DNA from: Candidatus Bathyarchaeia archaeon
GTDB taxonomy: Archaea; Thermoproteota; Bathyarchaeia; TCS64
DNA: 64,000 bases
Reading direction: 5' to 3'
Assembly (NCBI GenBank): GCA_050014495.1
Contig: JBEKDF010000008.1
Location: 1-64,000 of the forward strand
The notes beneath the pieces are model-generated. The model was not told where the DNA came from. It ran no database searches and saw only the letters and a program-made list of their open reading frames with translations. Position numbers and translations under genes: made by a program. Positions 40,867 through 52,300 of this stretch are shown one piece after another (within the stretch, counting starts at the first letter, position 1; each line of letters opens with the position of its first letter).

Positions 40867-42915
40867 TCATTCGCTTCCCAGTGATTTTAGGGCATCCTTA
40901 ACATCAGTCATCGGTAGGCTACAAACTCGATTTCTGCATATGTAGATGGCGGGCTTACCATTAATGCCCTGCATTGCTGCGGTATAGTCTAGGAGTGAAT
41001 CGAGGCGAGGCGTTTTAAGCATGAGGAACTCGTGGGGGATATATGATCCTTGTAGAGTACCGATAATTTTAGACGTATCCGCCTGGTTTTGACCCCCTGC
41101 TATTACAACCTCATAGCTTGGCCCGATTTTGTAGTCGAGAGCGCATAAGAGAAATGTAAATGAAGTCGGGTTGGCTTCAACGAGGGGGGCAACTGCATTT
41201 AGAAGCTTCTCCGCTTTCTCCTCGAGACCCCCCTCGAGGATTCTACCGAGGCGTAAAAAATTCAGTGCCATCACTGAGTTACCCGAAGGTTTTGCTCCGT
41301 CGTGTGTATCCTTAACTCTCGGTAGTGAGCCCTCGGATGAGCGGCTCAAATAAAAGCCACCGAGATCGGGATCCCAGAATAGTTTGACTGTATCTTCGGT
41401 TAGATGATTAGCCTCTTGCAAATATTTTACGTCGAAGGTTGCTTCGTATAGCTCTATGAGTCCCCATACGAGGTAGGCGTAGTCGTCAAGAAAGGCTGGG
41501 ATCGCTGCTTCTTTTTGTCTATAGCGGTGGAGGAGTGTGTTATCATTCATCTTCGTTAGGATGAAGTTTGTGGCGTCCTCGGCTGCCTTCACGTAGTTCC
41601 TCTCACCAACTACTGCTCCAGCCTTCGAGAGTGCAGCTATCATTAAGCCATTCCAATCGGTCAAGATCTTATCGTCGAGGAAGGGTCGGACTCTTTTGCT
41701 TCTCGCTTCGAGTAATTTGCATCGAATCGACATTAACCTCTTTTTAAAAGAGTCTAAATCGAGTCCGAGTTCAGCTGAGAGAATTTCATCTGAGGATGTT
41801 CGGTGTAAAACGTTAGCACCAGGTCCTTCTTTGCTGTTGCCTGCCTCAGACACGCCATAGATGTGGGCAGCGATCGCTGCCTCTTCTTCACCCAATTCCT
41901 CTTTAAGCTCTCCTAAGGTCCATGTATAGAATTTTCCCTCTACTCCTTCGCTGTCTGCATCCTCGGCTGAGTAGAATGCCCCTTCGGGAGAGGTCAGGTA
42001 CCTCATTGTATAATCTGCGATGTCTCGAGCCGTAATTGCGTAATTTGGGTCATGGGTGGCTTGGTATGCCTCGGTGTAGGCGAGTAGGAGTGTTGCCTGG
42101 TCGTAGAGCATCTTCTCGAAGTGTGGGATTAGCCACAGGTTATCTGTGGAGTAGCGGTGAAAGCCACCTCCGATTTGGTCGTGGATTCCACCCCTCATCA
42201 TCGCGTCGAGGGTGGCTTTGACCATGCCAAGTGAGTGAGGGTTATTTGTTCTTCGCCAGTATCTTAACAGGTATAATATGTTGTGAGGTGAGGGAAATTT
42301 CGGGGCGACCCCGAAGCCATAGTGCTGGTTGTCGTATTGTGAATCAAGTTGATTGTATGCGTCATCAAGTGTATTATTGTCTATGATCGATTTTTCTGTG
42401 ATTTGGGGTATCTGTGATAGAGCGTCTACTATTGATGTTGCGTCTGAGACTATCTTGAATCGATCGCTTGTCCAGAGTTGGCGGACTCGAGGAATAAGGT
42501 CCATTAAGCCGAGCATGCCGTCGTGGCTCGTCTTTGGTAGGTAGGTTCCGGCCCAGAATGGCTCCTTCTCGGGGGTCATTATGATAGTTAGAGGCCAGCC
42601 TCCTCCGCCAGTTAGGATCTGACATGCGGTCATGTATGTAGCATCGAGGTCTGGCCGCTCCTCTCTGTCGACTTTAACGCATACGAAAGCGGTGTTGAGG
42701 GCGTGTGCCGCATCCTCGTCCTCGAAACTTTCTCGCTCCATTACATGGCACCAGTGACAGGTTGAGTAGCCTATGCTTAGGAAGACTGGGATTTCGCGTT
42801 TCCGTGCCTCCATAAAGGCCTCTTCTCCCCATGGGTGCCAGTCAACAGGATTATGTGCGTGCTGCTGGAGGTATGGGCTCTTCTCATGGATTAGGCGGTT
42901 GGGACTCTTGGCCAT
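40867..42915 (-). CDS. YyaL/SSP411-like thioredoxin-domain glycosidase-fold protein
   Basis: [39 protein letters not shown]. Confidence 0.95.
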   Translation of the reverse strand: MAKSPNRLIHEKSPYLQQHAHNPVDWHPWGEEAFMEARKREIPVFLSIGYSTCHWCHVMERESFEDEDAAHALNTAFVCVKVDREERPDLDATYMTACQILTGGGGWPLTIIMTPEKEPFWAGTYLPKTSHDGMLGLMDLIPRVRQLWTSDRFKIVSDATSIVDALSQIPQITEKSIIDNNTLDDAYNQLDSQYDNQHYGFGVAPKFPSPHNILYLLRYWRRTNNPHSLGMVKATLDAMMRGGIHDQIGGGFHRYSTDNLWLIPHFEKMLYDQATLLLAYTEAYQATHDPNYAITARDIADYTMRYLTSPEGAFYSAEDADSEGVEGKFYTWTLGELKEELGEEEAAIAAHIYGVSEAGNSKEGPGANVLHRTSSDEILSAELGLDLDSFKKRLMSIRCKLLEARSKRVRPFLDDKILTDWNGLMIAALSKAGAVVGERNYVKAAEDATNFILTKMNDNTLLHRYRQKEAAIPAFLDDYAYLVWGLIELYEATFDVKYLQEANHLTEDTVKLFWDPDLGGFYLSRSSEGSLPRVKDTHDGAKPSGNSVMALNFLRLGRILEGGLEEKAEKLLNAVAPLVEANPTSFTFLLCALDYKIGPSYEVVIAGGQNQADTSKIIGTLQGSYIPHEFLMLKTPRLDSLLDYTAAMQGINGKPAIYICRNRVCSLPMTDVKDALKSLGSE

Positions 42916-43145
42916 TGCTTGAGTTTCCCCTGTTTGATTTTTGCTTCGCCGTTATTAGCTGATTTGCTAGGGAGTTAACAGTGAATGCGGTATATCGTAT
43001 TAATTATTAGCTACAGAGAAGTCAGGATGAAATTTTACGATCCTACTCGTTGATCTTGGTACTAGTTTTTAATGTGGTCTCCTAGTTGTACACGCGTAGT
43101 AAACCCAAAGGCTTTCTCAAACCTAGAGCTTAATTGTATTATCAT

Positions 43146-43961
43146 ATGAACATAGTTAATCTCCCAGAAACGGTCACCGAATTAACTCATCTCAGCGCAT
43201 TCGAGCGCTTCGCAGATGGCCGACCGAGGGTACCAGACGATCTGATTGAGAGAATGAGGCTTGTTACGACCGAGGAGGCGTGGGGAGTGTTGCACGCGAA
43301 AGGATACGAGAATCAATTCGAGGGTAACTGGATCTGCACAAACCCCGATCGAATTCTCGTGGGCAGGGCGGTTACTGCATGGATGGTTCCCAGCAGACCC
43401 GACTTAAACGAGACAATTGAGAGAATCGGGAAAGCGGAGGGTAGGATAGGTGGCCAGAATTCGTGGGTCATAGATACTCTGCGTAAGGGTGATGTGATGG
43501 TCGTTGACTGCTTTGGTAAGATAAAGGAGGGGACCTTCATCGGAGACAATCTCGCAACCTCCCTTATTTCGAAGACGGGGGCAGGTGCCGTGATTGACGG
43601 GGGGATCCGCGACTATCAAGGGGTGTCAAAGCTTGAAGATGTCACAATTTTCTGCCGTGGATTGCACCCAACAGCCATCGCCGACATGACGTTGGTAGGT
43701 GTCAACACACCGATCCGCATAGGGGGCGCTACCGTATTGCCGGGGGATGTCGTCCTCGGCACAGCAACAGGCGTGATCTTCATTCCCCCGCATATGGCGA
43801 AGGAGGTCGTTGAGAGATCCGAGGATATTCGCATGCATGATCAATTTGGCAAGCTGAGACTAAGTGAGGGACGATACACCTCGGGAGAGATTGACCGAGC
43901 CTGGACGTCGCAGATTGAGGAAGATTACAAAGATTGGTTGAGGAAACTCAGGGGGAATTAA
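43146..43961 (+). CDS. RraA/HMG-aldolase family protein
   Basis: GRAVT, GDNL, DGGIRD, VLPGDVV. Confidence 0.88.
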   Translation: MNIVNLPETVTELTHLSAFERFADGRPRVPDDLIERMRLVTTEEAWGVLHAKGYENQFEGNWICTNPDRILVGRAVTAWMVPSRPDLNETIERIGKAEGRIGGQNSWVIDTLRKGDVMVVDCFGKIKEGTFIGDNLATSLISKTGAGAVIDGGIRDYQGVSKLEDVTIFCRGLHPTAIADMTLVGVNTPIRIGGATVLPGDVVLGTATGVIFIPPHMAKEVVERSEDIRMHDQFGKLRLSEGRYTSGEIDRAWTSQIEEDYKDWLRKLRGN

Positions 43962-43965
43962 GGGA

Positions 43966-44961
43966 ATGGTTAAGATGAGATTCTCCGAGATTTTTGGTGA
44001 CTGCTACTCCACCAGAAGCCTGAGACTCTTGAAGCAGCTCGGATGCACCGATGTGATCGGTCATGGACCAGTTGATGGTGGCGAGGTTTGGGAGTATAAG
44101 GATCTAATTGAGTTGAAGAGCCGGGTCGAAGGTTTCGGTCTGAGGCTGGATGTGTTTGAGGATGGGCCGAAGATCGACAAGATCATGTTGGGGCTTCCGG
44201 GTCGGGATGAGCAGCTTGAGAATTTCTGTAAGTCCCTAGAGAACCTGGGTAGAGCCGGAATCGGGACAATAAAGCCTCAGCATATGCCACCGGGTTGGGA
44301 AGAGGTCATGACGGTATCCAATTCACCGACTAGGGGAGGTGCAGAGTCGAGAGTCTTCGACTATAAGCTAGTTGAAAACTTGCCTCCTACAGAGTTTGGG
44401 ATTGTGAGCGAGGAGCAGGCCTGGGACAACCTCAGTTATTTCTTGGAGGGTGTTTTGCCCACAGCTGAGGATGCGGGGGTCCGAGTTTCCCTCCACCCAG
44501 ATGACCCTCCAATTTCGCCGATACGGGGCTTCGCAAGGATCCTACGGAGCGTTAAGGCCTTCGATCGTATGCTCGAAATTTACCCCAGTGAGAATATAGG
44601 GCTACTCTTCTGCCAGGGCTGCTTTGCTGAGATGGGTGTAGATGTACCGGCGACGATCCGCCACTTTGGAAGGAGGAAAAAAATCTTTTTCGCCCACTTC
44701 AGGGATGTCTTTGGGAGTGTGCCCAAGTTCCAGGAGAGCTTTCACGGGGAGGGTCCGACTGATATGTTCGAGGCAACGAAGGCTTACTATGATGTTGGGT
44801 TTGAGGGTCCGATTAGGCCAGATCACGCCCCGAAGATGGAGGGAGATGAGCTATTCACTGATGGTAAGCCGGGCTACTACCTACTAGGTAAGATCTTCGC
44901 CCTAGGCTACATGAGAGGCCTCGCGGAGAGCATCGAAAAAACACACACAAACATTGCTTAA
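43966..44961 (+). CDS. uxuA: Mannonate dehydratase family protein
   Basis: LHPDDPP, CQG, HFRDV, RPDHAP. Confidence 0.88.
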   Translation: MVKMRFSEIFGDCYSTRSLRLLKQLGCTDVIGHGPVDGGEVWEYKDLIELKSRVEGFGLRLDVFEDGPKIDKIMLGLPGRDEQLENFCKSLENLGRAGIGTIKPQHMPPGWEEVMTVSNSPTRGGAESRVFDYKLVENLPPTEFGIVSEEQAWDNLSYFLEGVLPTAEDAGVRVSLHPDDPPISPIRGFARILRSVKAFDRMLEIYPSENIGLLFCQGCFAEMGVDVPATIRHFGRRKKIFFAHFRDVFGSVPKFQESFHGEGPTDMFEATKAYYDVGFEGPIRPDHAPKMEGDELFTDGKPGYYLLGKIFALGYMRGLAESIEKTHTNIA

Positions 44962-45066
44962 GATAATCTTTAAGAAAAATGGATATGTTACAATTTTAAA
45001 CCGCGCGAGAGCCAATCGCTAGACCTCAGATGGATATGGTGCACGATCAACTATTTTCTTATATAA

Positions 45067-45456
45067 GTGGACACTCCATCAGTGTCCGATATGGCTCAAG
45101 ATCAACCTCTCCTCCTAGTGGAGAATAATGAAAAAGAGGCTAGCCTGTTGAAAACTGTGTTGGAAGGCGAGGGGTTCAGCGTCGACACCGCTTACAGTGG
45201 CTGGGCTGCTGTTGAGAAGATCAAGGATAAGAAATACGCTACAGCCATCGTGGATTTCGCGCTGCCCGATATGAAGGGAGATGAGTTAGCTGAGAGATTC
45301 AGGATGGAGGACCCTAAGATGGGTATAATTCTATTAACGGGTTTCAAGCCGATGATTGATCCTAGTAGATTGAGGGGTTTCGATTACATATTTGAAAAAC
45401 CTGTTAGCCCAAAGAATATTCTCGATGCCTTGAAACTAGCACGTATTCCTAAATGA
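45067..45456 (+). CDS. Stand-alone response regulator receiver
   Basis: LLVENN, D-F-x-LPDM, LTG, KP. Confidence 0.9.
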   Translation: MDTPSVSDMAQDQPLLLVENNEKEASLLKTVLEGEGFSVDTAYSGWAAVEKIKDKKYATAIVDFALPDMKGDELAERFRMEDPKMGIILLTGFKPMIDPSRLRGFDYIFEKPVSPKNILDALKLARIPK

Positions 45457-45674
45457 GACTCTCGCCTTAGAACCTAAATTCTAGAATCTCCTTTGTAAGT
45501 GCTCTACGATTAGATTTCCTTTCAATCTATGCACATGCAATCTATGTGGTAGATTTGGATAGCTCGTGCGTTTCTACTTTGAGGTCTGAGGTGGCACAGT
45601 TCCTATAGCCATCATTCGCGCGCGCGTCTATACACACAAACAAAATAACAAAAAGGGCTAATGGGCTGTCGATA

Positions 45675-46340
45675 TTATACGAGTTTGTTTCCACACTCGC
45701 CGCAGAACTTTGTCCCAGCTGCATTTTGCGCCCCGCATCTGGGACACTTAAGCAGGCTTAGTGGTGCTCCGCAATTATTACAGAATTTTCCTTCGCCCGC
45801 TGGCTTACCGCATTGTGGGCATATTGTTTGTCTTTTATTGATCTCGCCTGTAAAGACCTGGGTGGTATCGGCCTTACTCTTTATGTCTTCGACCATCTTC
45901 GCTGATCTGGCTGCGGCGACTTCGATGTTTTCGCGTGGGGCATCATCTGTGCAGAGGCCGACCTGCTCGTTCCAATCATTCTCACACACATATTTGTGAC
46001 ATTTTGGGCATCTCTGGAAGTGTCCCTTTGCCTCATTCTGGGCTACACCAAAAGCTTCCTCATGCTCCTTATGCCACTCGGGTGTCATTCCTTGGAACCT
46101 CTCACTGAGTATATCGGAGCTCTGATTCATCGTATTTCCGACACTGTAGTGACCGGTCAAGTCTGCACCTATCGATGCTACTTTCCCGACATTTCTCCAG
46201 AATCCAGCCTTTTTATACGTCTTGGATGCTATAAACTCCGTCTTATAGCCATCGTTGCAGATGTCACAGTGGAATGTGAATTGAAAACCAGCATCTGTGC
46301 TGTTATCATCAAAATTCCTGGTGAACGGTTGAAGTGGCAT
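45675..46340 (-). CDS. Multi-zinc-ribbon protein
   Basis: Seven Cys pairs/clusters including a C-terminal double zinc ribbon; start at MPLQPF. Confidence 0.85.
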   Translation of the reverse strand: MPLQPFTRNFDDNSTDAGFQFTFHCDICNDGYKTEFIASKTYKKAGFWRNVGKVASIGADLTGHYSVGNTMNQSSDILSERFQGMTPEWHKEHEEAFGVAQNEAKGHFQRCPKCHKYVCENDWNEQVGLCTDDAPRENIEVAAARSAKMVEDIKSKADTTQVFTGEINKRQTICPQCGKPAGEGKFCNNCGAPLSLLKCPRCGAQNAAGTKFCGECGNKLV

Positions 46341-46345
46341 TTTTC

Positions 46346-46684
46346 TTACCTCAATGAGTTCAACGGCTTCCCGCACTTAATACATTTTTCACTAATCGGG
46401 GGCTGTTCGGTTCGGCATTTCTTATTCGGGCAAATTATGGTCAACCTTTCCCCACAGTTTTTACAATAATCCCCGAAGAATGTAGTTTTTTTGCAGTAGG
46501 GGCAGTTGACCTCGAGTAATTGACCGCAGCTACTGCAGCTCTTCTGCCCTTCTTCGATAGGGTTCTTACATTTTGGGCATCGCAGAGGTCCCACAGGATT
46601 AACTTTTCCACAGAATGGACACACGTTGTCATCGGCTGACACGAGCTTACCGCAGTACCGACACGGATGCTTGTATCCAGGCAA
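46346..46684 (-). CDS. Tandem double-zinc-ribbon protein
   Basis: Eight CxxC-type pairs in 112 aa; GGAGTGAGG upstream. Confidence 0.85.
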   Translation of the reverse strand: MPGYKHPCRYCGKLVSADDNVCPFCGKVNPVGPLRCPKCKNPIEEGQKSCSSCGQLLEVNCPYCKKTTFFGDYCKNCGERLTIICPNKKCRTEQPPISEKCIKCGKPLNSLR

Positions 46685-46796
46685 CTAATCCTCACTCCTA
46701 CCTTGTTGTTTTATTACACATTTAACGATTTGAACTTAAAGATTGGTAATTGTTCAATAGAATTTTGAAAACCCTCGAACGCGCGATCATTTAATA

Positions 46797-48125
46797 TCAT
46801 TCAGCTTTCTTCGCGTATCTAGCGTCGTCATTCTTCTCTTCTGTATTGAATCTAAGTAACGCAGTCACATCGCTCTTCCATTGATCCATGTTATAATGTA
46901 TGACTCGCCCTATGAAGAGATCTCTGAGCTTCTGGAGGCTAGGAATCTCTTGAACCGCAAACTTATAGTGGATGTACTTTGGATCGCTCAACTGTTCATC
47001 CGTTAGGTAGATTGGTTCTCTCCTGAAGTTGATCTCGATCATGCATCTGTTGAGCATCTTCAGGAAAACGTCGTATTCGCTGTTCAGTTTTGAGAGATCT
47101 TTTTTAGTCGCATAATCTCCACGACTTAGTATTCGAAAGAAGTATGTGGCCCTGCCTTCGTCGACGCCGGTTGTAGCCTCGAGGGCGACCGCGTTGCCGG
47201 GCACTGAAGGGTCTTCGCTGTAAATTGGGATGAGGAACCATACATAATCCTCGACTTCGCTCTGTGTGAGGCTGCGCTTCACTCCAAGACTGATCTTGTC
47301 GTTGCGTGATAGTTCCTTTAGGAAATCATATGATTCGCTTAGACCCATTGCTCTGGCCTTTAATTCGAGTTGGGCCCAGAACTCGGGTGTAACTTTATCT
47401 ATCTCGGCCTTCTCCGCAGCTCTGCCTTCTTTCAGTAGATCTGCAAGTCTTCTCTTCTTAATTGTGTCAATTTGTGGTTGTATTTCCCCGATTATCTTCT
47501 GGGTTCTCGTCGTAAGTTCGTTAATGGCTTCGGATAGGCTTCGTCTCAGATAGTCACGTTTCTCACCCATCTGAGTGAATGTTAGTCTCTCCTCTGACTC
47601 GGTTTCGACTATAAATGAATAGTCCTCCACTCTTGCATCATAGATGTAGCAGTAGGGCACCCTCAGGGGTTTATGTTTCCGTGGCAATATGAGCAAAGCG
47701 GAGTCATAAAGACGCACCTCGCAGAGGTCATTAAACACGTCTTGACCCTTGGAGGCGTAAGTTAAATTTGCCTCGATTTGTGCCACTCTTAGACCTTCAT
47801 TCATTAGTAAATATTTTATGAAGAGTTCGTTTTTCATCCGGTATAGGGTTGTTAGGAAGTTCTCGTATTCGTAGCCGATCTGATTTAGAGTCACCATATG
47901 ATTTGATGATAGAATCAGTTTGATGATGTAATTCTCATCAGAGATGCCCACGATATCGGTGTAAGCGATTGCAAAGTTCTCTCTACTCATCTGCTCAATT
48001 ATTAGGGATGTGTCGTCAAGAGTTGCTTTGGCTTGACCCCCTGAAACTGCCTTTCCACCCTCATCGCTTAAAGTGTAGGTGACGTCGCAGCTCATCGCTT
48101 CTTTGTTATCTGGGGAATCCTGCAT
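46797..48125 (-). CDS. Uncharacterised protein, possible tandem PH-like domains
   Basis: 442-aa ORF; two similar beta-rich-plus-helix units in the N-terminal half. Confidence 0.8.
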   Translation of the reverse strand: MQDSPDNKEAMSCDVTYTLSDEGGKAVSGGQAKATLDDTSLIIEQMSRENFAIAYTDIVGISDENYIIKLILSSNHMVTLNQIGYEYENFLTTLYRMKNELFIKYLLMNEGLRVAQIEANLTYASKGQDVFNDLCEVRLYDSALLILPRKHKPLRVPYCYIYDARVEDYSFIVETESEERLTFTQMGEKRDYLRRSLSEAINELTTRTQKIIGEIQPQIDTIKKRRLADLLKEGRAAEKAEIDKVTPEFWAQLELKARAMGLSESYDFLKELSRNDKISLGVKRSLTQSEVEDYVWFLIPIYSEDPSVPGNAVALEATTGVDEGRATYFFRILSRGDYATKKDLSKLNSEYDVFLKMLNRCMIEINFRREPIYLTDEQLSDPKYIHYKFAVQEIPSLQKLRDLFIGRVIHYNMDQWKSDVTALLRFNTEEKNDDARYAKKAE

Positions 48126-48282
48126 GGGAAAATATTATTCAGTTCAGCTTAAATCACCTGCGAGTGCACGCGGATGCCAGTTTCGAGTCACTCGAGGATG
48201 ACTCTCAAGAGGCTGTGACCCTCGAACAATCAAGGGAGTGTTTGGTTGGGAATGATTGCACGTGCACATGTTTCAGCTGCTG

Positions 48283-49512
48283 TTAGAGCAGATACATCAA
48301 CAAACCAGCCGCTAGTGGCATAAGCAAATTATCGTCGATGGGCAGGGGGAGAGCCTCAATCAAAATACCCGCTGCTGCCCCAATTATTGCGGTAATTGGA
48401 TCTACAAATAACAATGCGCCAAGGAAAGCGAATACCAGGCCAATTATTGAACCCTCTACACTCTTCCCACGATTAAACGGGATCTTAGTTTTCCCAAACC
48501 TTTTGCCAAATATCGACGCAGAGCTGTCGCCGAGAGTGAGCACAGCTATTGCAGCATATCCTATCCTAGCAGGAAATATGAGTAAGCATAGTATCAAACC
48601 TAGTGCATGGAATATTGGGGATGTGTTGAACTCATTAAGCTCTGATCTATCAGCAGCTAAAAGAGTGATCTTCGAGATTATGGGGACATTGGTGCCGAGA
48701 ATCCTAAGAAACTCGGCGGCAGAGTAAATGACCACCGCTATCGACAACAGTGTCGCCACTATGAGGTTATTGAACAGGTAAATACTTATGAAAGGAATTA
48801 GCAACCCACTGGTATGAATCAACTCTCGTATCAGATTACCATTTGATATTCGGTTATCATGATTCACATGACCGGTGAGTATACCCGTGATCTCTGAAAG
48901 ATCTTCCTTTACTACGTAATCCGCACTTCTACTAATCACATAATCCGGGTTGAAGCCGATACTCAGCCCACAGACCTTCAGAAGCTGCAAGTTGTTATAG
49001 TCATCAGCTATGAGGGCGCAACTCTTCGAGGACAGCCCCTCATACTTTAAGATCTCATTCAGGGCCGTTATCTTACCATCCTCCTTAATCACGGACCCAG
49101 ATATTTCGCCCGTGAAGACGCCATCTTTGATCTCAACTTGTATCCCCGAGGAGTAGTCTGCCCCAAGACGCTTCGCGAGATCAGCCACTAAGGTATCAGG
49201 TAGCCCCGAGCTAATCAACGCGGTCTTAAACCCCAGAGTCTTTAACTCAACAAAGAGCTGCTCGGAGCCAGGCATAAGTGGGAGACCCTTGAATACTTTT
49301 GATAATTCGTCCATCTTAGTTCCCTTAAGGTATCTGAAAATGGCTCTAAGGGAGCGCTCCAGTGAGAGCACCCCTAATGAGTATAGGAACCCGATTATAA
49401 CGAATTTGATGAAAAACGTAGGGCCATGACTCTTGCTCGCCTCGAACAATAGGAAGCGCCTCTTTGGAATGAGTACTCCTTCAACATCGAAGATTACTAA
49501 TTTTATAGGCAA
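48283..49512 (-). CDS. Fusion: SerB-like HAD phosphatase + dolichol/phytol kinase-like membrane domain
   Basis: FDVEGVL, ISSG, K, ADDYNN; then RELIH, LGDSSASIFG, KSVEGS, DDNLLMPL. Confidence 0.88.
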   Translation of the reverse strand: MPIKLVIFDVEGVLIPKRRFLLFEASKSHGPTFFIKFVIIGFLYSLGVLSLERSLRAIFRYLKGTKMDELSKVFKGLPLMPGSEQLFVELKTLGFKTALISSGLPDTLVADLAKRLGADYSSGIQVEIKDGVFTGEISGSVIKEDGKITALNEILKYEGLSSKSCALIADDYNNLQLLKVCGLSIGFNPDYVISRSADYVVKEDLSEITGILTGHVNHDNRISNGNLIRELIHTSGLLIPFISIYLFNNLIVATLLSIAVVIYSAAEFLRILGTNVPIISKITLLAADRSELNEFNTSPIFHALGLILCLLIFPARIGYAAIAVLTLGDSSASIFGKRFGKTKIPFNRGKSVEGSIIGLVFAFLGALLFVDPITAIIGAAAGILIEALPLPIDDNLLMPLAAGLLMYLL

Positions 49513-49774
49513 ACCCGACTCATCCTTGGTACGGTTATATCAAATCTTTAGACGTATATCATTAACACATCAAGAGGCAGTTATAAATCGAACATTCGCG
49601 CAGGTAGTGAGTAAAAGAAGTTATAAGATCCCGTAGTCGGATGCAGGTCTGAGACAAATGCGCCAGCCTTCATTATTTAGATTTAATTAGGAAAGTACGA
49701 GAGCCAGTGTCGATGGCGATAAAGTACCAAGGTTTAAAGTTGACAATAAATTAAGGATCAGAGACTGATTATTA

Positions 49775-50953
49775 ATGAGAACACAAGCAGCCCTGATAAT
49801 CTGCTTGATCCCATTACTGCTAACAGTCTCCATAACACAAACGAATGCTCAAACGGGGACACATTGGGAGAACACTTACGGAGGAGCAAAAGATGACTAT
49901 GGCCACTCCGCCCAACAGACCTCAGATGGTGGATTCATCATCGCTGGGCAGACAAATTCAATCGGAGCGGGTGGCTACGAGGTTTATCTAATAAAAACTG
50001 ATGCTTAGCGAAAGCTGCTGTGGCAGAAGACCTACGGGGGAGCATATGATGACACTGCCTGGTCCGTCCAATTAACAACAGATGGAGGATACATAATCAC
50101 AGGCAGCACCTATTCATTCGGCGCAGGTGGTTCCGACATCTACCTCGTGAAGACAGATGCCCTCGGAAACCAGCTGTGGCAGAAGACCTTCGGAGGAACA
50201 GGTAACGATGAAGGCTACTCCGTTCAACAGACCACTGATGGCGGATACATAATTGTTGGAGTTTCTACCCAAAAAGGATCAGGCGGTTATGAAATTTATA
50301 TTATAAAGACGGACTCCTCGGGGAACCTAATTTGGGAGAGAATCTATGGGGGAACAAGCGAAGATGCCGGTGACTCGGTTCAGCAGACTTCGGATGGTGG
50401 ATACATAATCGCTGGATACACTAGCCCGCTCAAAGGTTATAGCACATTATCCGATGTAGGCTTTTCCGATATTTACCTGATAAAGACTGACTCCTATGGG
50501 AAGCAGTTATGGCGGAGAACCTATGAAGGAAAAGGCAATGATAAGAGCTTCTCCGTCCAACAGACCACCGATGGAGGATATACCAGCTCATTCGGCGCAG
50601 GTAATTTAGATGTCTACCTCATAAGGACGGACTCATTGGGAAATCAACTATGGCAACAGACCTATGGGGGAGCAAATGGTGATACTGGTGCTTATGTTGA
50701 ACAGACCTCAGACGGAGGATATATAATCGCTGGTAGCACAAATTCATTCGGTACAGGCAACTTTGATGTTTACCTCATTAAACTGGAGGGAAATTCTGCT
50801 CTAACTCTTCCATCTAATCCGACATCACCCTTATCATCATCCTGGATAATACTCGCATCAATAATTTTCGTATCAGCGATAGTTACTGTCGTAGTTTATA
50901 TATTTTCTAAAAACAAAGGCGCACATGAACCTTTAGCCAACTTATCTCTCTAA
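49775..50953 (+). pseudogene. Secreted beta-propeller repeat protein interrupted by in-frame TAG (50006-50008)
   Basis: Two tracked ORFs are in frame and the W.KTYGG...QQTSDGGYII repeats continue through the stop; one repeat also has an in-frame deletion. Confidence 0.75.
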
Positions 50954-50982
50954 ATATTTTCCATTCACATATCAGTAAGTGG

Positions 50983-52161
50983 TCAGCGCTTATCGAGGCA
51001 CGTGTAGATGGCTCGGCTTAACTCGGCGGCGCGGTCGTCACGGCCCAGAATCATTCGATTCATAACATATCCAACTGCTAGCCGCTTCTGTGGGTCAGCG
51101 AACCCAACTGACCCACCCATGCCCTGGTGTCCGAACGCAGATTCAGGGCGAGGATCGCCATTATCGGGATCCGACAGCATGAATCCGAGGCTTCGTCTGA
51201 CTGGGATCCCCAAGATAGCATCCTTACCATGGAACTGCTCGTGACGTGCGCGTTCTACACCTTCCTCAGATAATAACCGAACACCATCCGCTGAACCTCC
51301 CGAAGCAAAAGGAGCATACAGTCTAGCCAAACCACGTGCACTAGCGTGTCCATTCGAGGATGGGATCTCTGCTTCACGCCAGCGTTGTGTATTCGCAGCC
51401 CTCGGCGGCCGCGGCGGATTAAGGAACGCCCAAGCCCTCATCCTACTCCCAGTGCGGAGACTCGCGTGAAAGAAGAAGTACTCCAAGGCTCGTGGGGGAA
51501 TCGTCTCCGCTGTACGGGCCTCCTCCTTAGGGGATAAACCGACAAACACATCCGCCCCGAGAGGACCTGCGATCTCCGAATGTAGAAACTTGCCAACCGA
51601 CACTCCAGTGATCCGTCTTAGCACCTCACCATTAAGCCAACCGAAGGTTGCTGCATGATAGCCGCATCGTGTGCCAGGTTCCCAGAAAAGCGAGGACTGC
51701 TCCAGGTTCTCGATCATATATAACCAATCGTAGAGCGCCTTATCCGGTACCCTAACACTGGGCGCGGGTAGCCCTGCGGTGTGAGTCAGAATGTGTCTCA
51801 CTAGAACACCTGACTTCCCATTCTTCCCAAACTCCGGCCAATAGCGAATCACTGGCGCATCGAAGTCGAGCAAACCCCGATCAGCTAACATGTGCATGGC
51901 GAGTGCGAGCCACCCCTTGGTGGTTGACCACACGTTTACGATGGTATCTGCCCCCCACGGTCGCAAACCCGCCGCATCCGCCGACCCACCCCACAGGTCC
52001 ACGACAGACTCCCCATCAACCATCACATGAACAGCCGCGCCCACCTCGCCACGCTTCGCGAAGTTTGCCTCGAAGGCCTCACGAACCGGCTCAAAGCCTA
52101 GAGCCACCTCTCCGGCAACGGGGAACTTCATTGTAGCCATTTGATCACTTTTTCTATTCAC
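50983..52161 (-). CDS. Beta-lactamase-family serine hydrolase (family VIII esterase-like)
   Basis: WSTTK (SxxK), ILTHTAGL, YHA, FGHQGMGGS. Confidence 0.93.
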   Translation of the reverse strand: MNRKSDQMATMKFPVAGEVALGFEPVREAFEANFAKRGEVGAAVHVMVDGESVVDLWGGSADAAGLRPWGADTIVNVWSTTKGWLALAMHMLADRGLLDFDAPVIRYWPEFGKNGKSGVLVRHILTHTAGLPAPSVRVPDKALYDWLYMIENLEQSSLFWEPGTRCGYHAATFGWLNGEVLRRITGVSVGKFLHSEIAGPLGADVFVGLSPKEEARTAETIPPRALEYFFFHASLRTGSRMRAWAFLNPPRPPRAANTQRWREAEIPSSNGHASARGLARLYAPFASGGSADGVRLLSEEGVERARHEQFHGKDAILGIPVRRSLGFMLSDPDNGDPRPESAFGHQGMGGSVGFADPQKRLAVGYVMNRMILGRDDRAAELSRAIYTCLDKR

Positions 52162-52300
52162 TGATACTTGAAGACTCGCACCTATAAACTCCTAATTGAA
52201 GCACAGGAGCATTAGCCTTCAGCGTCGAGATCAATGTTACTAATACCTTAAAGTTTGACGAGGGATCCGCGCGTCATCTCATCAAGTGTGTGGATGATTC

